From: Reichenbachiella sp.
Lineage (GTDB): Bacteria > Bacteroidota > Bacteroidia > Cytophagales > Cyclobacteriaceae
Direction of reading: 5' to 3'
DNA length: 64,000 nt
Assembly: GCF_965223055.1 (NCBI RefSeq)
Contig: NZ_CBDCVM010000005.1
Coordinates: forward strand, 318,739-382,738
Numbering within the stretch: position 1 is the first letter of the stretch; each line of letters starts with the position of its first letter. The notes under the pieces were generated by a model. That model worked only from the letters and a program-made list of their open reading frames with translations, ran no database searches and was not told the DNA's origin. The translations under genes were made by a program, and so were the position numbers. Shown here piece by piece: positions 37,059 through 46,608 of this stretch.

Positions 37059-37909
37059 AAACTATAAGCAGTGTATCCATCAGAAAATTCTTCCTCCGAT
37101 AGCTGAGGGTTAATTTCTACATTTCTGAATTCGTATTTTTCAAATAGCCCTTTTTCGTCGTAGACTTCGAGTTTAAGCGGAATCTGTCTCTTCTGATCAA
37201 TAAACAAAACCATTTTGGCGGCATAGTCGGAAGGCAACTGGATGACATCTCCTTCTTTCACTTGCCCAAATATGCTGACCCCTTTGTTTTTCTCATAAAT
37301 CATGTACTCATTGAGTCTATTTTTCAAAGCAATGCTAGAAATGCTTTCACCTTTCTTAACGACATGACTGTTATAGGTAAAATTTGGATTGACCATAGAG
37401 ATGATTTCACAAGGTTGGCCATTTAGGCTTCCTGTTCCATGGTCGTTGAGCAATTCTGTAATTCCGTCCTTGTGCTTATAGAACAAATACTCCATTACTG
37501 AAACCACGTAGTCGTAACCTCCTTCAAGAATCGTATGATGTTGATCTTTTCTCATCAATTCCCCATTGGGGTCCAGTTTCAAGTTCACCCAAGGGAATCC
37601 ATTAGGGTTTACTAGTGCTTTGTTGTCGTCTAAGGGGTGTGGATATAAAACTTCCAGTCCGGTATTAGGGGCCAGCTCTTTGATATAAATTTTGTAGGGC
37701 CTTCTATGCATCTTGATAGACACATGATTTTCTAAATACGTTCCATTAATTCGTTCTGAACGAATCAATTCATATTTGAGTGTTTCAATATTTCTTGTCG
37801 CTTCAAATACTTGCTTCACTTTTTCCGGCGCCGATTTTTTACTCGGGTCTGTAAAGCTTAAAGAAAGGGTTGCGAATAAAGTAATTAACCAGAAATGAGA
37901 CTTCATCAT
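37055..37909 (-). CDS. DUF1571-like protein with LysM domain
   Basis: Signal peptide; DUF1571-like N-terminus (LKLDPNG); SHVVKKGESISSIA LysM repeat. Confidence 0.7.
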   Translation of the reverse strand: MMKSHFWLITLFATLSLSFTDPSKKSAPEKVKQVFEATRNIETLKYELIRSERINGTYLENHVSIKMHRRPYKIYIKELAPNTGLEVLYPHPLDDNKALVNPNGFPWVNLKLDPNGELMRKDQHHTILEGGYDYVVSVMEYLFYKHKDGITELLNDHGTGSLNGQPCEIISMVNPNFTYNSHVVKKGESISSIALKNRLNEYMIYEKNKGVSIFGQVKEGDVIQLPSDYAAKMVLFIDQKRQIPLKLEVYDEKGLFEKYEFRNVEINPQLSEEEFSDGYTAYSF

Positions 37910-38022
37910 AATCTATTGCATAGCTGTAACCAGCTCGTGTATTCTGTGATAAGACAAAAATTAATTGACTAACCCCCAAATGCGTCTGTATTTTGTAAAT
38001 TGCCAGCAAAATCCAAGATGCT

Positions 38023-39924
38023 ATGAAAAAGTTTATTTCCTTTATTTGCATTTCTCTTCTCATTCAAACTGCTTTCGCACAAAATGCCATGACACCTGAA
38101 TTGCTCTGGAGTTTAGGGCGAGTAAGTGGTGTCGGAATATCCACTGATGGCAAGACTGCTGTTTATACTGTCACTAGATATGATGTGAATGCCAATGAAG
38201 GTAATACAGCATACTATTCAATTCCTCTTGGTGGAGGAAGTGCAAAGAAAATAGCTGATCCGTACAGCCTTATAGCAGACCCAAGTATTTCCCCCAATGG
38301 GAAGTATAAACTCTATCACCGTCCAGTAAAAATCTATAGTGTGACAGGAAAAGACTACTATCCCGAACTAGATAAATCTGAGGTGCAGATCTACAATGAT
38401 CTGATGTATCGACATTGGGATACCTGGGCAGATGGCTCTTACAATCATGTATTTATGAGCAATGTAGATGGGTCGAACGAGGTGGATATCATGAAAAACA
38501 AAACCTTTCATAGCCCGACAAAACCGTTTGGCGATGAGTCAGATTACACCTGGAGTCATAAAGGTGGTAAGATACTTTACGTAACGAAAACCAAGACGGG
38601 CGCCGCTTATACGGTGAGTACAAATACAGATATATATTCTTACGATCTCAACACGCAAACGACAACCAACCTGACTAAAGGAATGATGGGCTATGACAAC
38701 AGCCCTGCCTATTCCAAATTTGGAATACTGGCTTGGTTGAGCATGAAAACGGATGGAAATGAAGCAGATAAAATTGATATTATCATTTCTGATAGGTTTG
38801 GCAAAAAGAATTTAACAGAAAATTGGGACGGATCGCCTGATAGCTTCAAATGGTCTGTAGATGGTAAGACCATTTATTTCATAGCTCCTTTTGGTGGAGA
38901 AAAGCATTTGTTTGCTGTGGACTATCCAGGCAAATCAAAGAAGCAACCTGTTGTAAAACAAATCACTAAAGGGCAGTTCGACGTGACAAGTATTGTGGGA
39001 CAGGCAGGTAAGCAAATGATTGTGACTAGAACGGATATGAATCATGCCACCGAATTGTACAGCGTAGACCTGAGCGATGGCAGCATGGAGCAGCTTACTC
39101 ACGTGAATGACGAGGTGTATAATAGTATAGGGCTGAGCAAGATAGAAAAGCGAATGGTCACCACTACTGACAACAAGCAAATGGTGACTTGGGTGATCTA
39201 CCCTCCTAATTTTGATCCCACAAAAAAGTACCCTACGCTGTTGTATTGTCAGGGTGGGCCGCATGGCGCACTTTCGCAGTTCTATTCTTATCGTTGGAAC
39301 TTTCAAATCATGGCGGCTCAAGGCTACATTGTGGTAGCACCGAACCGAAGAGGTATGTATGGTCATGGCGTAGAATGGAATGATCAAATCAGCAAAGACT
39401 ATGGTGGACAGAATATGCAAGACTATCTTTCTGCGATTGATGAGTTGGCTAAAGAACCGTTTGTAGATGAAAACAGGCTAGGTGCTGTTGGGGCTAGCTA
39501 TGGCGGGTATTCGGTTTTTTATCTGGCAGGCATGCACAACAAGCGGTTCAAAACATTTATATCTCATGACGGCATTTTCAACTGGAGAAGTATGTATGGC
39601 ACAACCGAGGAAATGTTCTTCGTGAATTGGGAAATAGGTGGTCCATATTGGGAAAAGGATAATGAAGCCGCCCAAAAATCTTACGCTGAATTCAACCCTA
39701 TTGAGTTTGTACAAAACTGGGATACCCCCATTATGATCGTACAAGGAGGCAAAGATTATCGCGTACCTATTGGGCAGGGATTAGAAGCTTATCAGGCAGC
39801 TCAGTTGTTAGGCATTAAGAGTCGATTGATCTACATTCCTAATGAAAACCACTGGGTGTTATCGGCTCAAAATGGAATTGTCTGGCAGCGTGAGTTTTTC
39901 CGTTGGTTAAAAGAAACGCTCTAA
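38023..39924 (+). CDS. S9 family exported peptidase (dipeptidyl-peptidase/acylaminoacyl peptidase)
   Basis: Signal peptide, QGGP, GASYGG (Ser), QGGKDYRV (Asp), NENHWV (His). Confidence 0.93.
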   Translation: MKKFISFICISLLIQTAFAQNAMTPELLWSLGRVSGVGISTDGKTAVYTVTRYDVNANEGNTAYYSIPLGGGSAKKIADPYSLIADPSISPNGKYKLYHRPVKIYSVTGKDYYPELDKSEVQIYNDLMYRHWDTWADGSYNHVFMSNVDGSNEVDIMKNKTFHSPTKPFGDESDYTWSHKGGKILYVTKTKTGAAYTVSTNTDIYSYDLNTQTTTNLTKGMMGYDNSPAYSKFGILAWLSMKTDGNEADKIDIIISDRFGKKNLTENWDGSPDSFKWSVDGKTIYFIAPFGGEKHLFAVDYPGKSKKQPVVKQITKGQFDVTSIVGQAGKQMIVTRTDMNHATELYSVDLSDGSMEQLTHVNDEVYNSIGLSKIEKRMVTTTDNKQMVTWVIYPPNFDPTKKYPTLLYCQGGPHGALSQFYSYRWNFQIMAAQGYIVVAPNRRGMYGHGVEWNDQISKDYGGQNMQDYLSAIDELAKEPFVDENRLGAVGASYGGYSVFYLAGMHNKRFKTFISHDGIFNWRSMYGTTEEMFFVNWEIGGPYWEKDNEAAQKSYAEFNPIEFVQNWDTPIMIVQGGKDYRVPIGQGLEAYQAAQLLGIKSRLIYIPNENHWVLSAQNGIVWQREFFRWLKETL

Positions 39925-39928
39925 CCAA

Positions 39929-40171
39929 ATGAAATGCGTAACCAACAAGGTTTGCTATGATACCAGGGAGCTGGCTGAAGAAGCTTTGATTGAGCATCGC
40001 TCGCGCCATTATCACAATGACAACAGTGGCCCCATCAATGTTTATGAATGCAGGGATTGCGGAAGTTATCATTTTACTTCACAGGGTGAAGTAAGTGATT
40101 TAATTAAGCAAAGCAAATCCAAAATCGATGCCAACCGGGAGGCCAATTATTGGGAAAGGAAATTGAGATAA
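39929..40171 (+). CDS. Small hypothetical protein with probable Zn-binding motif
   Basis: 80 aa; CVTNKVCY...YECRDCGSYHFTS; followed by a terminator. Confidence 0.65.
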   Translation: MKCVTNKVCYDTRELAEEALIEHRSRHYHNDNSGPINVYECRDCGSYHFTSQGEVSDLIKQSKSKIDANREANYWERKLR

Positions 40172-40172
40172 A

Positions 40173-40200
40173 AAAAGGGGTCACTAGAGTGACCCCTTTT
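40173..40200. terminator. Bidirectional intrinsic terminator
   Basis: AAAAGGGGTCAC-TAGA-GTGACCCCTTTT, perfect 12-bp stem between convergent genes. Confidence 0.88.
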
Positions 40201-40232
40201 ACTACTAACTAATTACTCAACTTTACTCTTCT

Positions 40233-42944
40233 TTAAAATCTATAATTGAATCCTAATCTGAAGTTTGTTCCAAACTGACCCATTTGCTGCACCTCTGAAG
40301 AATATGTAAACCTAGTACCTGCCTGTGCAGTATTTGTATTTGCATTGGTTTTATCAGGATATACATCAAATAGGTTATTTACTCTAGCTGATAAATTTAA
40401 ATTAGCTCCTAATTTGTAATCAAGACTCAAATCTGTAACGACTTTGGATGACAAGGCCTGCGCTTGAGCAGTATTGTCATTGGCTGGAGGGGTAATGGTA
40501 ACTTCTCCGAACATAGTGTTAGTTAAGCCAATAGTAAAATCACTAACATCATAACTCATGTTTAGGATTATTTTACTTTTAGGCCTTGAGTTAGTAATTA
40601 GTCCCTGCTCTTGTGTATCAAATATATCATAGCCATGTTGCTGCAAAAGTGGTGGAGTGGTAATGGCGTCAATCTCAGTCCTGTTAAAGTTCATGGCTAA
40701 TGTGGCTCTGAATTTATCAAAAGAGTCATAGTTTAATACAATATCAGCTCCAGTAGTTTTGGTGTCACCTGCGTTGATAAAGAATTGAACGGCTACTACA
40801 TTATTGTCGATAAGAATCTGCTCAACTGGGTCTGAACCATCCAAATTTCCATCCTGTGTACTAATTTGTGAAGAAAACAACACACGGTCATCAACTTTAA
40901 TCTGATAAATATCCACAGAAGCAGAAAAATTTCTATTAATCTGATAGGTAATACCGGCAGAGATGTTTTGAGAGGTCTCAGCGAAGAGACTTGGCACGCC
41001 TAGTGCTACTACACCCGGATGATTGTTAGCCAGTGTTCCTTGCAGCAATGGTTCGGACGATCCAGCTACAATGATATATTGTGTATTGGTCAAATGTCTC
41101 TGATGCAATGTTGGTGCCCTAAACCCAGTACTGTAAGATGCTCTTATGGCCCCTTTATCCGCTAGCTTATACCTTGCACTTGCCTTATATGAAAAGTTAT
41201 CTCCAAAATCTGAGAAATCTTCGTATCTCCCAGCTATTGCAACTAATAAATCATCGGTGATGTCATAATCAGCCTGTGCGTACAAGGCCACATTGTAACG
41301 AGATTCATCCATAGCTTCTTCAGGCTTGATCCCAGCAAAAGAATCGGATCCTGCTCCATAGTAAGAAAGAGGGTCGCCTTGGTATCCTGTCAAGAATTCT
41401 TTCTTGTATTCCGCACCAAACCCTAAGGAAAGTGCATCAGATACCGCACCTGAAATATCAAGGTTTCCAATTCCGTTGCTTAATCTATACCCTCCAGGGT
41501 GAAAGGTTCTCGGCGAAGTACCGTGATCGGCCAGGTAATCTCTATTCACAGAGTTATTCACAGTATAGGCTACTCTGTTTGATCCATATGTAGCACTGAT
41601 ATCTGCTATCCAGTTGTCGCCAAGTCCTAATTTAAAACCTAAGGAGTTTAGGTTATCATGGATTTGAGTTTCGAAAGTTGGCTGATAGCCTACAAAGTCT
41701 TCTGGGCGAGCGGCTATGAAAAGTGCATCTGCTACATCTCTTCTCCAATATGGAGCTCTGTAGTATGCGAAACTCTTTCCTGTTCTAGTAGTATATCCAT
41801 TGAATGAATAGAACTCAGAATTTTTGCCAATAGGGTGACTCATATTTACGAATAAGTCGAATTGCTCCATTTCAGGTTGACCCACTGTCATATTTGCATC
41901 AGGGTGTTCAGTGGCCCATGCCACATAAGAATCATGAACCGCCAAATCTTGGACATAGTCTGGATCTGTACTACCGCCAGGGTAGTCGCCAGGATTAGGG
42001 GCTGATCCACCATAATCTTCATTGACAACATCAAACTTACCAGCACGATTGGTGATTTTTTGGGTATAGTAGCCCAGCGTCATGTTGATATTACCACCAT
42101 TGCCAAAATTGAAGCCAGAGTTGAAATCTGCACCAAAATTGAATCCGTCACCCTTGGAAGTGATGCCTGTTTGTGCACTAAGTGTGGAGTATTCTACATC
42201 TTTTTTCAAGATCATATTGATAACACCTGCGATAGCGTCAGATCCATATTGTGCAGATGCTCCATCTCTAAGTACTTCTACTCTTTCGATCGCAGCTGTA
42301 GGAATACTTTTCAAGTCAATCCCGACTTCACCCTTACCTGGTGTTCTGTTTAGGTAGACTTGAGCACTTTGGTTTTTTCTTTTTCCATTAACCAATACGA
42401 GTGTTCTACTTGGGCCTAATCCTCTTAAATCTGCAGGGTCATAGTGAGCCGTAGCATCTGAAATGGCCTGATTCTGAGAGTTGAAGGAAGGAACAGTAAA
42501 AGTTAGCATTCTTTGAATGTCTGGTTGTCCACTCCCTCTCAATTCTTCCACACCAATGTTGTCTATAGGAACGGGAGAGTCCAACACTGTTCTTGGCTTG
42601 GTACGGTTACCTGTTACCACAACTTCGTTGAGACTTAGGCCTTCTACCAAGGCTACCGACACCTCTTGTGACGATGATGATACTGCTACTTCTTGAGATT
42701 CAAATCCCACTGAGCTCACTACGAGCTGTACTGGGAGACTTTCAACATTCAGACTAAAGCTGCCATCGACAGAGGAGGAAGTTCCCTTGGTTGTTCCTTT
42801 GATCACGATGGTTACACCCGGTAGCGGGTCTCCGCCGTCATCTGTCACGGTTCCGTTGATGGTTTCTTGGGCATACACTTGCCCGGAGAGTAAGAACAGG
42901 CTTAGAAAGAGCATGCCCCCAATCATTTGTAATGATTTTTTCAT
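40233..42944 (-). CDS. TonB-dependent outer-membrane receptor with N-terminal carboxypeptidase-regulatory-like domain
   Basis: GTVTDDGGDPLPGVTIVIKG, EVVVTG, LRGLGPSRTLVLVNGKR, ERVEVLRDGASAQYGSDAIAGVIN, C-terminal YRF. Confidence 0.93.
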   Translation of the reverse strand: MKKSLQMIGGMLFLSLFLLSGQVYAQETINGTVTDDGGDPLPGVTIVIKGTTKGTSSSVDGSFSLNVESLPVQLVVSSVGFESQEVAVSSSSQEVSVALVEGLSLNEVVVTGNRTKPRTVLDSPVPIDNIGVEELRGSGQPDIQRMLTFTVPSFNSQNQAISDATAHYDPADLRGLGPSRTLVLVNGKRKNQSAQVYLNRTPGKGEVGIDLKSIPTAAIERVEVLRDGASAQYGSDAIAGVINMILKKDVEYSTLSAQTGITSKGDGFNFGADFNSGFNFGNGGNINMTLGYYTQKITNRAGKFDVVNEDYGGSAPNPGDYPGGSTDPDYVQDLAVHDSYVAWATEHPDANMTVGQPEMEQFDLFVNMSHPIGKNSEFYSFNGYTTRTGKSFAYYRAPYWRRDVADALFIAARPEDFVGYQPTFETQIHDNLNSLGFKLGLGDNWIADISATYGSNRVAYTVNNSVNRDYLADHGTSPRTFHPGGYRLSNGIGNLDISGAVSDALSLGFGAEYKKEFLTGYQGDPLSYYGAGSDSFAGIKPEEAMDESRYNVALYAQADYDITDDLLVAIAGRYEDFSDFGDNFSYKASARYKLADKGAIRASYSTGFRAPTLHQRHLTNTQYIIVAGSSEPLLQGTLANNHPGVVALGVPSLFAETSQNISAGITYQINRNFSASVDIYQIKVDDRVLFSSQISTQDGNLDGSDPVEQILIDNNVVAVQFFINAGDTKTTGADIVLNYDSFDKFRATLAMNFNRTEIDAITTPPLLQQHGYDIFDTQEQGLITNSRPKSKIILNMSYDVSDFTIGLTNTMFGEVTITPPANDNTAQAQALSSKVVTDLSLDYKLGANLNLSARVNNLFDVYPDKTNANTNTAQAGTRFTYSSEVQQMGQFGTNFRLGFNYRF

Positions 42945-43197
42945 GGTAAATTTATTTTAGTTGATATAGATATAGGCACGGTTGTCCGCGCTTGTATAGA
43001 TATACAGATGATTGTAGGCTAGCACCCACTCCAAATAGAATAAAATTTTATTTTTTTCTATAAAACCGAATTAAAGAATTGGAATAGTGAAAAATCAGGG
43101 AGAATCAACCGATCCAGAAAAAGCAAGGAATTAACTTAAACTTAATATTGAAAAAAGAACATTCTCAAAAGCATTTGCGTTCTTTGAGTTAGAAAAT

Positions 43198-43510
43198 GGT
43201 TGCAGTCGTGCAGCTACCAAAGACACAGCGGGGATGACCAAGCAAAAGTAGATCGTCGCGACAGGGGTTTTACCAACAGGAAGCCTCAGCTGAACTGGCA
43301 TACGCCGGTTTTTTTATGCCTTAATTTTCTTAAAGTAGCGATCTCCTTTCTTCTTCCTGTCAAACGTCAGTTTATTTCCTGTCATAAAAAAAGCCCGTCC
43401 TTGTCAACACCCATAGTAATCCAGAGAGGAGGCATCTAGGTTTGTACTACAATTTTAATATGAGAAAATGCTTACATCGGAGTATTGGAGATGCCGGTAC
43501 TCCGAATTTT
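43198..43510. ncRNA. Candidate structured RNA / antisense-type leader upstream of the globin gene
   Basis: Several nested and mutually exclusive complementary segments and two U-rich hairpin-like tracts on opposite strands; see findings. Confidence 0.4.
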
Positions 43511-43530
43511 TCCCACTAAAATTTAAAATC

Positions 43531-43947
43531 ATGACAAACACAACATCAATTACTCCTTATAACAAAAAGCTCGTAAGAGCTACATTTTGGATAGTAGAAC
43601 CAAAGGCAGATGAGGCCGCTGAAATTTTCTACACCAAATTGTTTGAGATGAGTCCTGAACTCAAGCCGCTGTTCAAAGGAAACATGAAAGAGCAGGGTAG
43701 AAGAATGATGGAAATGTTGGCCACAGTGGTGAAAGGACTAAACACTCTTGATGTGTTGGCTCCACTCGTGAGAAGCATGGGTAGAAGACATGTGAATTAT
43801 GGAATCAAATCAGAACACTACAACATGGCGGCTACAGCACTCATGTATTCTCTCAAAGAAGAGCTTCAAGAAAATTGGAACGAAGAAGTCGAGTCAGCTT
43901 GGCTCGAAGTCTATCAAACCGTTTCGTGTATCATGCAATCTGCTTAA
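43531..43947 (+). CDS. Single-domain globin (flavohaemoglobin/Vitreoscilla-Hb-like globin domain)
   Basis: Start moved to ATG 43531; FYTKLFEMSPELKPLF (B10 Tyr, CD1 Phe), EQGRR (E7 Gln), MGRRHVNYG (F8 His), AWLEVY. Confidence 0.88.
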   Translation: MTNTTSITPYNKKLVRATFWIVEPKADEAAEIFYTKLFEMSPELKPLFKGNMKEQGRRMMEMLATVVKGLNTLDVLAPLVRSMGRRHVNYGIKSEHYNMAATALMYSLKEELQENWNEEVESAWLEVYQTVSCIMQSA

Positions 43948-43950
43948 ATC

Positions 43951-44031
43951 ATGACATTCAAAAAATACGTTAGAGTTGCTATTAGTTTGATTTCTTATAT
44001 GCTCATCATGTTGCTAGTGATTGCTGGCTGA
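43951..44031 (+). CDS. Unannotated 26-aa hydrophobic peptide
   Basis: MTFKKYVRVAISLISYMLIMLLVIAG, starting 3 nt after the globin stop; below the ORF-track length cut-off. Confidence 0.45.
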   Translation: MTFKKYVRVAISLISYMLIMLLVIAG

Positions 44032-44053
44032 ATAGAGTCTCGCAAGTAACGAA

Positions 44054-45202
44054 TTACAGTGTTGTTTTCAGTGCTTGAAGTAGTTTCTTCATATCCCTTT
44101 CGTCGTTGTATACATGCGGAGATACTCGAATGAATTCTCCTCGGGTAGATACGCTCACTCGATTTACTTTGAGTGAGGTGGCAAGGTCTTCCATTTTTTC
44201 TTTTGGAAATTTAATGCCAAAAAGGTGTGACCCTCTTGCTGTCTCATCTTCCACATAGAGGCCAAGATCTTTCACTTCCTCCAAGGGCTCTTGAATCAGT
44301 TCTTGACAGTATTGCTGAATATTATCTACTCCCCATTTTCGAATTTCTTTGATGGATGCGATCAGCATAGGATTCGCGATGAAGTTGCTTTGTTGCCCCA
44401 TACCATAGCGCAGCGCACCTGCTTCGTACTGATCTTGGTAGTTGACCAGATTGGCAAAGTCCTCACTATTCAATCGGTTGATCCAGTTTTGCTCTATGGG
44501 CTCTCCGTCATCAAACCTTGGTCCGTAGTAAGCCAGCCCACTGGTGTAGGGGCCTAGTAGCCATTTGTATCCTGCTACGATTAACGCATCAGGTTTAATT
44601 TCTTGTATATCGAAGGGTAGAGCACCAACAGACTGTGTGCCATCAATAATTAGTGCTGCCCCTACTTCATCACATTTTTTGCGAATGGCCTTCAATTCGA
44701 ACAAGGTTCCATCTGCCCAATGTACATGCCCCAGGCTTACGGCCTTTGTCTTTGAGTTTATGGCTTGTAGAATATCTTCATTCCATTTTTTGCCTCGGTT
44801 TTCTACTGTGTCAGGTGCTGCTACGAGCTTTAACTCGGCGCCATGCTTTTCGCAATGACTTTTCCAGGGATATACATTGCTTGGAAACTGGTCTTTGGTG
44901 ATAACAATGTTCTCCCCTTTTTGGACGGGTAGATTGTTGACTACATTACCGATACCATAAGATACGGAGGGTATCATCACGATTCTGTTTGGCTCGGGGT
45001 TGTTAATCAAGTCTGAATACAGTGCGCGCAAGGTTTGGGCATCTTTAAAGAAATCGGCTCCACTTACCTTGTTGGGCTGACGCTTAGCTTTGATGCCTTC
45101 TATGCCTGCTTTTTCTACTTTCTTAAGTAACGGGGCCATATAAGCACAGTTCAGATAGGCAAATTTTTTATTGAGGTTGAATTTCTTTCTTTGACAGTTC
45201 AT
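44054..45202 (-). CDS. Class V PLP-dependent aminotransferase (cysteine desulfurase / isopenicillin N epimerase-like)
   Basis: YLNCAYMAP, LIIDGTQSVG, AGYKWLLGP, IRVSPHVYN. Confidence 0.9.
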   Translation of the reverse strand: MNCQRKKFNLNKKFAYLNCAYMAPLLKKVEKAGIEGIKAKRQPNKVSGADFFKDAQTLRALYSDLINNPEPNRIVMIPSVSYGIGNVVNNLPVQKGENIVITKDQFPSNVYPWKSHCEKHGAELKLVAAPDTVENRGKKWNEDILQAINSKTKAVSLGHVHWADGTLFELKAIRKKCDEVGAALIIDGTQSVGALPFDIQEIKPDALIVAGYKWLLGPYTSGLAYYGPRFDDGEPIEQNWINRLNSEDFANLVNYQDQYEAGALRYGMGQQSNFIANPMLIASIKEIRKWGVDNIQQYCQELIQEPLEEVKDLGLYVEDETARGSHLFGIKFPKEKMEDLATSLKVNRVSVSTRGEFIRVSPHVYNDERDMKKLLQALKTTL

Positions 45203-45349
45203 AGGGAGTGTTAATGCCGTTGGCTTGTAAAAAGTGAAAAGTTATAAGTTAAAAAGTTATTAGCCTTACATTGTCAAGTTTATTCTTTGTGCTATGTTTT
45301 GACGTTAATGGTACCAAATAAAGAGACTGTCACTAAGGTCCGTATTAAT

Positions 45350-45433
45350 TGTCAGGCTGAGCGGATCGCCGCCCGAGTACTCGAAGCCTTGCTGCTAGAG
45401 GCAGATAACATTTCGACGAGGCTCAATGTGACA
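45350..45433. repeat. REP-like inverted doublet, family A, copy 2 (inverted relative to copy 1)
   Basis: TGTCAGGCTGAGCGGATCGCCGCCCGAGTACTCGAAGCC...CATTTCGACGAGGCTCAATGTGACA. Confidence 0.8.
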
Positions 45434-45563
45434 ACTCTTAGAGGTTTTGGGCTTTTGAGACAGTCTTGGCTCATACGCAAATTGAGAATGATGAGCGAGG
45501 TATTGAAATGGACAATTCAAATCCCTAATAACTTATTAACCAATCAACCATTAACTTACCCTA

Positions 45564-45884
45564 ATGGATAAAGTTTTAGTATTTGAATCTAAAGAGCAGG
45601 CAGAAAGTGTCATTCCACTCAATCAAATCAAAAGGATTCGGATAAGTAAACTAGAAATCTGTTTGGCAAATACTAGAACAGGCTTTGTTGCTTTTGAAAA
45701 GGAGTGTCCACACCTGGGCGATGATCTGAGCAAAGGAAAAATCAACCCGATGGGTGAAGTGGTTTGTCCCTGGCATAGCTATCGGTTTAATTTGACCTCA
45801 GGAGAGGAGTGTGAAAACCGATGTGGAGGGCTCGGAATCTATCAGGTCGCTTGGGAAGGTGAACAGCTTTTTGTGTTTGCGTGA
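45564..45884 (+). CDS. Rieske [2Fe-2S] ferredoxin (NirD-like)
   Basis: CPHLG and CPWHSYRFNL ligand motifs. Confidence 0.9.
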   Translation: MDKVLVFESKEQAESVIPLNQIKRIRISKLEICLANTRTGFVAFEKECPHLGDDLSKGKINPMGEVVCPWHSYRFNLTSGEECENRCGGLGIYQVAWEGEQLFVFA

Positions 45885-45985
45885 GGATTTTTATTTTAAA
45901 GCTTGAGGGCATCTGTGATGCGTTCTTAATCTTATAAGGCATTTGAAATACGACCAAGTAGGATTAGTCTCGTACTTACACGATT

Positions 45986-46429
45986 TTAGAGAGCTGTCAC
46001 TATTCCAACTGTGTTAGGGAATTTGCAGGAAATACATTCCCAATATGGATAATTTGGGTGTTTTTTGGGGAACTGTTGAACGATCTCTCTTTTTGATTGT
46101 TGAATGAATCCTATATCTAGTTTTGCTTTTTCTATTGTGAGCATGGCTCCAAGTTTGAGTTTTTGCTGATCGCATGGAGAATATACAGTAATTGTATCTT
46201 CGTTCACAAGTTTGATTATATAAGTTGAATTGTATGTGATTGTGTCGTTCGTGCAGTCATAACTTGGTTGATAACGAATTAGATCTCCAGTCAATGAATT
46301 TTCCAATTCAAAAGATCGTTCGGCTGTAGTTTCTATAAATTCGTCATGGTGCATTGGAATAAACCCTGCCTGCTTCACTTTACAACTGATCAGAATTAAT
46401 GTCAAGATTAAGATGTTTCTAGTGTGCAT
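45986..46429 (-). CDS. Hypothetical lipoprotein
   Basis: Lipobox LISC; Cys-containing body. Confidence 0.55.
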   Translation of the reverse strand: MHTRNILILTLILISCKVKQAGFIPMHHDEFIETTAERSFELENSLTGDLIRYQPSYDCTNDTITYNSTYIIKLVNEDTITVYSPCDQQKLKLGAMLTIEKAKLDIGFIQQSKREIVQQFPKKHPNYPYWECISCKFPNTVGIVTAL

Positions 46430-46608
46430 GGTTGTCCTAAGTAGGTTTAGCTTGATAAAGTAATTTAACAGCCATTTTCCACTTTCAAAACAGGGAAAAC
46501 CATTTTGAAAGAACTTTTTAACGAGGATAAATAAAAAAATCGGTGTGACAATCTGAAAATCTATCGCACTGATTGGGAAAACGAATCACTTTATGTATTC
46601 GTCTAATA

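Noticed and set aside
43200-43300. Possible c-di-GMP-I riboswitch, from a loose resemblance of ACAGGGGTTTTACC to its 3' end
   Set aside because: The GGCAAACC/GAAA and GCAAAGCC core elements are absent.
43200-43439. 79-aa ORF (TTG start) in the structured region
   Set aside because: No homology cues; the sequence is better explained by RNA/DNA complementarity.
45287-45571. 94-aa ORF before the Rieske gene
   Set aside because: Spans REP-A copy 2; probably a chance reading frame.
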